Origin: Desulfobacterales bacterium
GTDB lineage: Bacteria; Desulfobacterota; Desulfobacteria; Desulfobacterales; SURF-7
DNA length: 64,000 bases
Direction: 5' to 3'
Assembly (NCBI GenBank): GCA_046484745.1
Contig: JAWOIJ010000046.1
Coordinates: forward strand, 74,743-138,742
Numbering within the stretch: the first letter of the stretch is position 1; each line of letters opens with the position of its first letter. The position numbers were made by a program, and so were the translations under genes. This document shows positions 9,387 to 17,555 of this stretch, in pieces. The notes beneath the pieces are model-generated. The model had not been told where the DNA came from. It saw only the letters and a list, made by a program, of their open reading frames with translations, and ran no database searches.

Positions 9387-11042
9387 TTGAATGCCAAAAA
9401 TGAGACCGGAAAGATTTGGATTCGCACCACCCTGATTCTGCTTTTGCTTCTTCTTTTCATTTCAATCATCGTGCTTGCCTCTGTCCCGCCTGTCAGTCGG
9501 GATGCCCTTACACATCATCTTGCCGTACCCATGCTTTACATCGAGTATGGCGGAATTTATGAAATCCCCCAGATTCGGTTTTCATATTATCCCATGAATC
9601 TGGACTATCTGTATTTGATTCCTCTCTACTTTGGCAATGATATTTTTCCGAAATATATTCACTTCGCGTTTGCACTCGCGACAGCCCTGCTGCTGTTCCA
9701 ATATTTAAAACCAAGACTCAATACGGAGTATGCGCTTTTCGGCGCACTTTTTTTTCTTTCCATACCGGTTGTGGTGAAACTTTCCATTATCGTTTATGTG
9801 GATCTTGGATTGATTTTCTTTTCTACAGCTTCGATTCTCTATCTTTTAATGTGGCTTGAAAAGGGTTTCCAATTAAAGTATCTGATCCTGTCTTCCATAA
9901 GCTGCGGACTCGCGCTCGGGACCAAATACAACGGGCTTATTGTTTTTTTTCTCCTCACCTTTTTTGTCCCGTTTATTTATTTGCGGTCTGCTTCTTCCGA
10001 AAAAGAAAGTCAGATGAAAGGCCTTGCTTACGGCGCCATTTTTTTTGCAGTTGCGCTTCTGGTTTTTTCACCCTGGATGATAAAGAATACGATCTGGACC
10101 GATAATCCGTTCTACCCGCTTTATGACGACTGGTTTAATCCGAAACGGATTCAAACAGCGGTTTCCTCCGCATCCGCCGGCTGGAATCATTTTTCCATAA
10201 GGCATTTTATATATAAAGATTCATGGTGGGAGATCGCCCTGACACCAATTCGAATTTTCTTTTTCGGAGAAGATGGAAAACCGAAATTTTTTGACGGGAA
10301 GCTGAATCCATTTCTTTTTATTCTTCCTTTTTTTTCATTTTTGAATATCAGCGGTGTTCCTTCGGTAATCAAGACACAAAAAAAGATACTTCTTTCATTC
10401 TCAATCCTTTTTTTGTTTTTTGTTTTTTTTGCGAGAGACATGAGGATCAGGTGGATTTCACCTATTATTCCTCCCCTTGTAATCCTTTCCACTTTCGGGC
10501 TGAGCAATTTGTCGCAACTGCTTTCAGAATACTGCCCTGTAAATTGGAATAAAATGCGCAGATTCTGCATTGCCGCCACCGCTTCTTTTGCATTGTTTTT
10601 GAATGCAATGTATATTGCAGAACAGTTCAGACATGTGGATCCTTTTGCTTATATTACCGGACGGATGGACCGGGAAGCGTATATTAAAAAATATCGTCCT
10701 GAATACAGCGCAATAACGTATGCAAATGAGTATCTTCCATCCGATGCCAGGATCATGGCGCTTTTTTTGGGTAATCGGCGTTATTATTGCCGGAAGGATA
10801 TTTTCTTCGGTATCAATCAGTTTGAGAGAATCGTTAAAAACAGCATCTCCTCGAATGAAATATCCATGGAACTGGCAAAGCATGAGGTGACTCATCTTTT
10901 AATCGGACACTCGCTGATGAATAAATGGGCAAATGCAACATTTAATGCAGGGGAAAAGAAAAAACTGAAAGAATTTTTTAAAAACCACATGAAACTTCTT
11001 CTTGGCAAAGGTGGTTATGCCTTATACGAGTTAAAGCGGTAG
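9387..11042 (+). CDS. GT-C-type (ArnT/PMT_2-like) polytopic membrane glycosyltransferase, no TPR
   Basis: Starts with TTG and has 11 or more hydrophobic segments. It carries a loop-1 motif VSRDALTHHLAVP and a roughly 150-aa C-terminal soluble domain. Confidence 0.6.
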   Translation: MNAKNETGKIWIRTTLILLLLLLFISIIVLASVPPVSRDALTHHLAVPMLYIEYGGIYEIPQIRFSYYPMNLDYLYLIPLYFGNDIFPKYIHFAFALATALLLFQYLKPRLNTEYALFGALFFLSIPVVVKLSIIVYVDLGLIFFSTASILYLLMWLEKGFQLKYLILSSISCGLALGTKYNGLIVFFLLTFFVPFIYLRSASSEKESQMKGLAYGAIFFAVALLVFSPWMIKNTIWTDNPFYPLYDDWFNPKRIQTAVSSASAGWNHFSIRHFIYKDSWWEIALTPIRIFFFGEDGKPKFFDGKLNPFLFILPFFSFLNISGVPSVIKTQKKILLSFSILFLFFVFFARDMRIRWISPIIPPLVILSTFGLSNLSQLLSEYCPVNWNKMRRFCIAATASFALFLNAMYIAEQFRHVDPFAYITGRMDREAYIKKYRPEYSAITYANEYLPSDARIMALFLGNRRYYCRKDIFFGINQFERIVKNSISSNEISMELAKHEVTHLLIGHSLMNKWANATFNAGEKKKLKEFFKNHMKLLLGKGGYALYELKR

Positions 11043-11092
11043 AACGGGTTTGAAAACAAACGACGGCAACGGCACGGATTCCTGAATCGCAA

Positions 11093-12808
11093 ATGAATGG
11101 AAAACACTATAAATTTTTTATCCTTCTTATCCTGCTATCCGGCCTGATTCTGCGCTTGTGGTTTTTGTCCGACCTGAGAAGCAATACCTATCTCGGAAAC
11201 ATCAGGATCTCTGATGCGAAAAGTTATCATGATATGGCTCTTTCACTTATTTCCGGAGAATATGACAATTCCATACCGTTCTGGCAGGCCCCTTTTTATC
11301 CTTTTCTACTGGCGGTTTTTTATCGAGTCCTGGGCGATTCTTTTTTGGTTGTGCAGCTGCTCCACATTTTCATCGGATGCCTGAATGGTTATCTGCTTTT
11401 TCTGCTGACAGAAAAAATCTTCAACCAGAGAACCGCTTTGCTTTCCATGATGATTGCGGTATTTTATTTTCCATTCATCCTTTTCGATACCCAGGCATTG
11501 GCGGTGAATAGTATCATATTGTTAAACCTGCTGACACTGATTTATCTGGAACGGTTTGCCGAGTCCGGGAAATATTTTTTTTTAGGTACCGCGGCGTTTT
11601 GCCTGGGGGCTTCGATCATTTCTCACGGGCTGTCTATCTTCGCGATTCCGGTGATTGCAGTGTGGATTTTAAAAAGGATGAGCCGGAAAATCAGCAACGA
11701 TTTCGACATGTCTCCCTTCCGGGCGGTTGTTCTTTTTTTCGTAATCGTATCGATTGCACCGGCCATTGTCAGCTTTCGAAACAGTATCGTGTCAAAAGAA
11801 GTTACGTTTATTTCGTTAAACTCAGGTACGAATTTATATATCGGCAATCATCCGGATTTTGAAACGAAATTCAATATCAGAAATGGCGTGGAATGGAGAG
11901 CTTTGCGCCTGGAAGCGTTATCCGCCGGTGCATTCACTCCGGCAGAGAAGAATCGTTATTTTCTGGAACAGGCACTAAAAAATGTGATTTCTCATCCGGT
12001 TGCGGTTCTGTTTACAGGACTGAAAAAAATTGTAATATCCTTCAGCGGAGATGAAATAAGCAGAAACTTTCCCATTGATCCGTTGCGAAAGCATTCAAAC
12101 GCAGCCGGTGTACTTCTCTGGAAATGGACGATTTCCGGGGTTCCGGTATTCGCTTTTCCGACAGGTCTGGTTTTGCCTCTTTCGATCATGGGGTTCCTGA
12201 TTTTTTCGTTCAACACGATTCAATCGAGGCGTGTTTATTTCAGCGGCATTCTGCCGGGCCTGGTAGCATTCTCTTACATTTTCGGTATGATTCTTTTTTT
12301 TCCCTGCACCCGATATCGTCTGCCCGCGATCTGCCTGCTGATTCCCTATGCTTCATATTGCATTTTCAAAGTCTATGATGCCGCTTTGGAAATCAGGCGC
12401 GGCAAGCCCCTGCGGGAAAGAAGCATGGGGATCATTTATGGGTTCATATTCATCTTTCTTTATTTTTTTTCAAATGTTCTGGGGCCCCTGAACGCCCCGC
12501 GTGATCCGAAGATGGAACTGGCAGAGCATTTGCTGTTCCAGGGCGCCTGGCACATTAAGGCGGGCAGAGAGTCCAATGACAAAGAGCGGATTGAACGCGG
12601 TAACCATCTTTACGAGCAGGCGACTTTGATCGATCCCGGTTACCTTCAGGCACTGCACAATCTGGGGTATGTATATTTAAACCAGAAGCATCAGCCGGAA
12701 AAGGCAAAAGCCTGCTTTGAAAAGATAATAGGGCGATTGCCCCGAAATTCTCCGCTGATTCCGGTTTACAGGGATTTCATCGATAAAATTGATTTAAGAA
12801 AAAAATAA
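11093..12808 (+). CDS. GT-C-type (ArnT/PMT_2-like) membrane glycosyltransferase with a short C-terminal TPR region
   Basis: Loop-1 motif RISDAKSYHDMALSL followed by WQAPFYPFLLA, then many TM helices. C-terminal TPR-like repeats are present (YEQATLIDPGYLQALHNLGYVYLNQKHQPEKAKACFEKII). Confidence 0.65.
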   Translation: MNGKHYKFFILLILLSGLILRLWFLSDLRSNTYLGNIRISDAKSYHDMALSLISGEYDNSIPFWQAPFYPFLLAVFYRVLGDSFLVVQLLHIFIGCLNGYLLFLLTEKIFNQRTALLSMMIAVFYFPFILFDTQALAVNSIILLNLLTLIYLERFAESGKYFFLGTAAFCLGASIISHGLSIFAIPVIAVWILKRMSRKISNDFDMSPFRAVVLFFVIVSIAPAIVSFRNSIVSKEVTFISLNSGTNLYIGNHPDFETKFNIRNGVEWRALRLEALSAGAFTPAEKNRYFLEQALKNVISHPVAVLFTGLKKIVISFSGDEISRNFPIDPLRKHSNAAGVLLWKWTISGVPVFAFPTGLVLPLSIMGFLIFSFNTIQSRRVYFSGILPGLVAFSYIFGMILFFPCTRYRLPAICLLIPYASYCIFKVYDAALEIRRGKPLRERSMGIIYGFIFIFLYFFSNVLGPLNAPRDPKMELAEHLLFQGAWHIKAGRESNDKERIERGNHLYEQATLIDPGYLQALHNLGYVYLNQKHQPEKAKACFEKIIGRLPRNSPLIPVYRDFIDKIDLRKK

Positions 12809-12995
12809 AAGGTATCTTTTCCGATCGTCACAGGATTCTACCCTGGTTTTTTTAAGATCGCTTCCGGTAAGCACAGGCTAATCAGGCGAGACACTTTCGA
12901 TAACCGGATGAGTACCGATATCTTTTTAAAACGTTCTGGTTTGTTGAATTATTCCGGCAGATGGTGTAGGTATCAGCAAATATTTATCATAGAGA

Positions 12996-14723
12996 GTGCA
13001 GCAGGATATGAAATTTTCCCGAAAGAACCTTTTGTTTGCGGCAATTGCCGCGGTTTCCTTTTCCGCAGGTTTCTTCCTCCCCTTCGAGACGTTGAAAGTT
13101 GTTTACAGCTCCTATGCCTACTATTTTCTGTTTTTATCTTTCCTGTTGTGGGTCGCTTTGATCGCCAGGGTTTACATAAAAAATCTTCGCGTCATCGCAG
13201 GGCGCCATTATGTTGGTATTATAATGTCCGTTGTCATTGTTACAGCGATTTTTTTCATGTCCCCGCCGCGGTTTAAGGTTTTGAATGATGAGGCCGAGCT
13301 GGTCGGAATCTCGATGATGATGCATGAGAGTAAGATTTCATCTGCTCCCATACAGGGGTATTACTACGGTGATTCCGCCAATTTAAGACGAGAACTGAAT
13401 GTAAACAAAAGGCCGCTGCTGTTTCCGTTTTTGACTTCACTTGTCCATTCTGTTTTTGGATATAGCGCATATCATGGTTTTGTCGTTAATTACCTGTGCG
13501 GAATTCTGATCCTTCTTTTTGTATACGGTTTTATCTCGAAAACGTTTTCCCGAAGTTATGCTGCCATCGCTGTTTTGATTTTTTCCGGATGCCCGATTTT
13601 TGTTCTCTGGATCACGTCAAGCGGTTTTGAGACCGTCAATCTGCTCTTTATCATCCTTGTATTCCTGTTTTTCTACCAGTTTTTACAGGATAAAAACAGT
13701 GATCATGCCGAGCTGCTGATTCTGACATTGATTCTGCTTGCGCAATGCCGGTATGAATCACTTCTTTTTATGGTTGCGATTCTGTTTCTGCTCCCCCATC
13801 TGGTCGATCGGAAGCACGTTCTTCAATATAGCTATATCATGTATATTGTGCCGGTATTGCTTATCCCAACGCTGTGGCAGCGAAGATTATTCGATGCTGT
13901 TGCACCGTTAATCGTCGAAAAGGGCCCCAGTCAGTTTGAAATACCCGCGCAGGTATTTTCGACCGGCAATTTCCTGAGCAATATCCCACAAAATATTTTT
14001 GTTTTGACCGGACTGGATTCGAATTTCGGGTTTACCCCTGTGTTGTTTATTCTTTCCCTTGCAGGGATATACCTGCTGGCAAAGAAAAAACTGACAGACC
14101 CGCCCGAAATGTCTTCAACCTTCAATGGCATCCTTCTGTTCGGGATACTTACTTTTGTCCTGATGATCGGTATCATCTCTTCCTATTACTGGGGGAATTT
14201 TCAATACCATTTATCAAACCGGTTCGCGATCGTTTTTCTTCCCTATATGGTATTCTCCGCAATTTTCTGTCTTGATTCCATTGAGCGGAAAACCAGAAAG
14301 CCATGGAAGCTTTTCCTGATCACTTTTTTTATGCTTCACCTTTTGTTCTATTGGCCTTACGGCGCGCATCAGAAGAACCTGAAAACGCTTCCCCTTCCGA
14401 AAGAGTATCAAAAAGTGTTGAATTATCTGGAAACGGAATACAAAGATCCACGAAATACATTGATCATCTCTGAACGGCCCAATCTGTATGTGATCCATCA
14501 ATATGGTGCGGTTTCATTTGAGTACGCCAACAGCCATGCAAGGGAAATTATGATTGCCATGAGCCGTTACTATGATCATATTGTTGTTCTCCAGAACTGC
14601 AGTCAGAAAGAGGGCATTGTAATGGATGGCAGCCGCCTTCACGGTAGATTCAGAATTCAGGAGAAACAGAAATTAAACATTTCCATGTCATCCTATGTGA
14701 GAATATCGGAGGTAATGAAATAG
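12996..14723 (+). CDS. GT-C-type (ArnT/PMT_2-like) membrane glycosyltransferase
   Basis: Loop-1 motif LNDEAELVGISMMMHE followed by NKRPLLFPFLTSLVHSVFGYS (resembling the KPPL...fG pattern of ArnT-like enzymes), many TM helices and a C-terminal soluble domain. The start is uncertain (GTG 12996 or ATG 13008). Confidence 0.6.
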   Translation: MQQDMKFSRKNLLFAAIAAVSFSAGFFLPFETLKVVYSSYAYYFLFLSFLLWVALIARVYIKNLRVIAGRHYVGIIMSVVIVTAIFFMSPPRFKVLNDEAELVGISMMMHESKISSAPIQGYYYGDSANLRRELNVNKRPLLFPFLTSLVHSVFGYSAYHGFVVNYLCGILILLFVYGFISKTFSRSYAAIAVLIFSGCPIFVLWITSSGFETVNLLFIILVFLFFYQFLQDKNSDHAELLILTLILLAQCRYESLLFMVAILFLLPHLVDRKHVLQYSYIMYIVPVLLIPTLWQRRLFDAVAPLIVEKGPSQFEIPAQVFSTGNFLSNIPQNIFVLTGLDSNFGFTPVLFILSLAGIYLLAKKKLTDPPEMSSTFNGILLFGILTFVLMIGIISSYYWGNFQYHLSNRFAIVFLPYMVFSAIFCLDSIERKTRKPWKLFLITFFMLHLLFYWPYGAHQKNLKTLPLPKEYQKVLNYLETEYKDPRNTLIISERPNLYVIHQYGAVSFEYANSHAREIMIAMSRYYDHIVVLQNCSQKEGIVMDGSRLHGRFRIQEKQKLNISMSSYVRISEVMK

Positions 14724-14741
14724 AAGCCGCCTGGTTGTATT

Positions 14742-15653
14742 ATGAGCCCATTTTTTTCTAAAACCCGTTCCAGGTCTTTCCGGTTGTATGAAGGCAGAAT
14801 CGCGTCCCCGCTTTCACCCCGATACGATTCGGTTCAGGTTGTCTGGATGGGAACAGCGGGATTATATGTTCATGATGGCGAAACCCGCATTTTTATCGAC
14901 CCGTTTGTGAGCCGGCATGGTTTTCTGAAGGTTGCCCTGGGCTTTTCCTTAAAACCGAATCCGGAAACCATTGGAGAATGGATTGTCAAGACAAGCGGAG
15001 GACAGGCGGACGCTGTTGTTGTCAGCCACTCGCATTATGATCATTCGATGGATGCACCTTTTTTTGCGAGCCGGACAGGTGCGATTCTGGCAGGTGGAGA
15101 GAGTACCGCCTTTATCGGGCGCGGTGCCGGACTTCCGGATGAGCAAATCCGAGTTGTTCGGGCAGGGGATCAGTTGAGAGTTGGAAAGTTCGGGATTACG
15201 TTTCTGGAAAGTCTCCACAGCCCGGTACTTTTCGGCAGCGTTCCATGGCCGGGAAAAATTATCTCACCACTCAAACCGCCTGTTGCGGCTTCCAAATATC
15301 GTCTTGGAGAAATATTTTCGATTCTTGTAGAGCATCCCAGGGGGAATTTCGTGCATCAGGGAAGCGCCGGATTTTTGCCCGGCATGTTCAATGGCATGGC
15401 AGTGGATGTTATTTTTCTCAGTATCGCGGGCCGGGCGGATACAGGGGAGCTTTTAATGAATTCAGCCATTCCCCTGCAGGTGAAAAGAATAATCCCCATA
15501 CACTTTGATGATTTTTTCTTACCCCTGAAAGAAGGGATCTCCTTTGTAAGCAGGTTGAATTTCCAGGAGTTTTGCGAAACCGCATTTGATTGCAGTCCGC
15601 CGATTCCTGTTCAAACCCTGCCGATCGGCCGGCCGGCAGTCCTGTTTTTGTAA
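14742..15653 (+). CDS. MBL-fold metallo-hydrolase
   Basis: HxHxDH motif in VVVSHSHYDHSMD and a beta-lactamase-fold layout. It begins 18 nt after the preceding GT-C gene. Confidence 0.75.
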   Translation: MSPFFSKTRSRSFRLYEGRIASPLSPRYDSVQVVWMGTAGLYVHDGETRIFIDPFVSRHGFLKVALGFSLKPNPETIGEWIVKTSGGQADAVVVSHSHYDHSMDAPFFASRTGAILAGGESTAFIGRGAGLPDEQIRVVRAGDQLRVGKFGITFLESLHSPVLFGSVPWPGKIISPLKPPVAASKYRLGEIFSILVEHPRGNFVHQGSAGFLPGMFNGMAVDVIFLSIAGRADTGELLMNSAIPLQVKRIIPIHFDDFFLPLKEGISFVSRLNFQEFCETAFDCSPPIPVQTLPIGRPAVLFL

Positions 15654-15680
15654 ATGTGATGAGGTGAACCGTTTGACGAT

Positions 15681-15881
15681 TTGGGAAATCTTATGAAAAC
15701 CATACAAAAGCTTGAAAAACGACTTCATGAACTTGAAAAGAAAATTCGGGAAACCAAAAAAAGGTTGCCGGCACATTCGGTTAAGCCGCCCGTGATGATG
15801 GATTTACTTGATCTTGAAGATGAATATGATTCTGTTTTGAAACAGTTAAACGCGCTGTCAGCCGATATCAGTGAAAAATAG
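15681..15881 (+). CDS. Small coiled-coil protein, function unknown
   Basis: The ORF encodes heptad-like LEKRLHELEKKIRETKKRL. The start is ambiguous (TTG 15681 or ATG 15693) and there is no clear SD. Confidence 0.3.
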   Translation: MGNLMKTIQKLEKRLHELEKKIRETKKRLPAHSVKPPVMMDLLDLEDEYDSVLKQLNALSADISEK

Positions 15882-15935
15882 GCTTTTTGGTGATCTGTTT
15901 TAAACAGGATGGAAACAGCCGAACGGGCTATTTTT

Positions 15936-16529
15936 CTAGAAATTTTCTATTATTTCACATCGTTTTATAAAATTTTTGATGTCGCTGACCATGTTTTCAC
16001 TGGTCGATATCGCAAGTCTGATTTTCTCAAGCATCGGATCATCACTCCCCATAAGATCCTGCGCTTTCTGCAAGATTGTATACCCGTGATTTACGTACGC
16101 TGCCAGATCCTGCAGGATCTCTTTTCGTTTTCTGTGTGTTTCCCGCTCTTTCATAATGATCGGCAACAGCCTCTGAATGGAATATTCAACAAGAGCGTCG
16201 CGGGGGGCATCAAATTTTTTGGCGGCACTCTCGATGCAGGATAATGTTTTTCGGCTCAGTACATAGGTTTTTTGAACGCGGTCGGCAAATTTAAAATTGT
16301 CGTTTTGAATTTCCCGGGCGATCATGTCTAACGAAACGGAATCCTGCATTAAATGGTCGAAAAGTGATTTCTGTTTGATCCCCAGGTGTGTCGAAACAAC
16401 GCTGAGCGCATCGATTGCCTTTGCGGTCAATTTAAACGTCGCTCTGACGGACTGCCTTCCCCTGAGATCTGCTGTTGTCGTTCCGGGTAATGAGATCTCA
16501 ATTGTCCAGTTCTGATTTTTTGGTTTCAC
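15936..16529 (-). CDS. Hypothetical protein with a possible N-terminal ribbon-helix-helix-like segment
   Basis: GTG start preceded by a GGGAGG SD 8 nt upstream (minus strand). VRATFKLTAKAIDALSVVSTHLGIKQKSLFDHLM has a strand-helix-helix pattern, and the rest is helical. It is divergent from hsp20. Confidence 0.6.
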   Translation of the reverse strand: MKPKNQNWTIEISLPGTTTADLRGRQSVRATFKLTAKAIDALSVVSTHLGIKQKSLFDHLMQDSVSLDMIAREIQNDNFKFADRVQKTYVLSRKTLSCIESAAKKFDAPRDALVEYSIQRLLPIIMKERETHRKRKEILQDLAAYVNHGYTILQKAQDLMGSDDPMLEKIRLAISTSENMVSDIKNFIKRCEIIENF

Positions 16530-16605
16530 TCTTTCAACCCTCCCGGATATTACTTGATTGATAAATTTATTAAAAATAATATGAAAAAATTTGCATATTC
16601 ATATA

Positions 16606-16633
16606 TTGACATAATCTAAAATCTTCTTATCAT
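16606..16633 (+). promoter_or_regulatory. Sigma-70-type promoter for hsp20
   Basis: TTGACA (16606-16611), a 16-nt spacer, then TATCAT (16628-16633), about 70 nt upstream of the hsp20 ATG. Confidence 0.5.
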
Positions 16634-16649
16634 ATTATTAAAAGAAGAT
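16621..16649. promoter_or_regulatory. Perfect 8-bp inverted repeat ATCTTCTT-N13-AAGAAGAT overlapping the hsp20 -10 element (candidate operator)
   Basis: Read directly: 16621-16628 ATCTTCTT and 16642-16649 AAGAAGAT are exact reverse complements. Confidence 0.4.
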
Positions 16650-16701
16650 AAAAGGGTTTAGAAAGAAAATATTTTATAGTCAAATAAAAGGAGAAACAAC
16701 C

Positions 16702-17145
16702 ATGGAACTTGTTAGATGGAATCCATTTGGTGGGGGGTTGCGGGCGAGGAATCCTATCGGTAGTCTTTTTAATGAGTTACTCCAGCCTGCATTATGCATT
16801 AACGAAGATATGGCTGCAAATGCATGGAATCCGACTGTGGATGTATATGAAAACAAGGACGAGATCATCATCAAGGCCGAACTGCCCGGTGTTGAAAAAA
16901 AGGATATTAAAGTTGATGTCAATGCCGGCATTTTGACGCTGAAGGGTGAACGCAATCATGAAAAAGAGGTTAAAGAAGAGGATTATTATCGAAAAGAAAG
17001 CGTTTACGGTAAGTTTGAAAGATCTTTCAAATTGCCGGGCAGAACCGATTTCGATAAGATAAAAGCCGACTTGAAGGATGGTATTCTCAAGGTGAGTGTG
17101 CCAAAGACCGAGGAAACAAAGCCGAAGAAGATTACCATTCATTAG
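16702..17145 (+). CDS. Hsp20/alpha-crystallin family small heat-shock protein
   Basis: Alpha-crystallin domain motifs PTVDVYENKDEIIIKAELPGVEKKDIKV, FERSFKLP and GILKVSVPK. An AAAGGAG SD lies upstream. Confidence 0.93.
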   Translation: MELVRWNPFGGGLRARNPIGSLFNELLQPALCINEDMAANAWNPTVDVYENKDEIIIKAELPGVEKKDIKVDVNAGILTLKGERNHEKEVKEEDYYRKESVYGKFERSFKLPGRTDFDKIKADLKDGILKVSVPKTEETKPKKITIH

Positions 17146-17172
17146 AGATTCTGCCTCCATGAATCCCCCTGC

Positions 17173-17210
17173 TCCGGAGCGGTCCATCTCAGACCGCTCC
17201 GGATTTTTTT
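17173..17210 (+). terminator. Rho-independent terminator of hsp20
   Basis: TCCGGAGCGGTC (17173-17184), a 7-nt loop, GACCGCTCCGGA (17192-17203), then TTTTTTT (17204-17210). Confidence 0.85.
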
Positions 17211-17555
17211 GAAGAAGTAAAAAAGAGGGCTTCAGCATCGCCTCCTGATCACCATTGTTCTGCTTTTAATTTTCATCAGCATCAGAATTTAAAATTTTAA
17301 CCATTAAAGCCTCTCCTTCTCATGATTCGACGGTTTCTATTTTTTATTATGGCGGGAGCATTTCATAAAGAATTGACCGAATGAATTTTTCAAGATATGG
17401 GTATCCTGTCACAAAATAGTTTTGGATATGGGCTGCGGAATAAATTGAAAACGTATGATAACGGTTTACGTTTCTGCTGGATCATGTTTTTTCCAATTGC
17501 CATTGAGTCAGTACCGAAGTTGCAACGTCAGGATTTTTAATCAGCGGGAGGGAAG

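Noticed and set aside
9387-11042. SWWE motif (KDSWWEIAL) considered as a PglB/STT3-type WWDYG signature, which would imply N-linked pilin glycosylation
   Set aside because: The motif is not WWDYG and lies mid-protein between TM segments rather than in a C-terminal periplasmic domain. The pilin N-X-S/T sites (NTT, NIT) also lack the acidic -2 residue of the bacterial sequon.
12908-13276. 122-aa plus-strand ORF upstream of and overlapping the fourth GT-C gene
   Set aside because: It is in a different frame from the 575-aa membrane protein, which has coherent TM and loop motifs. There is no independent support for it.
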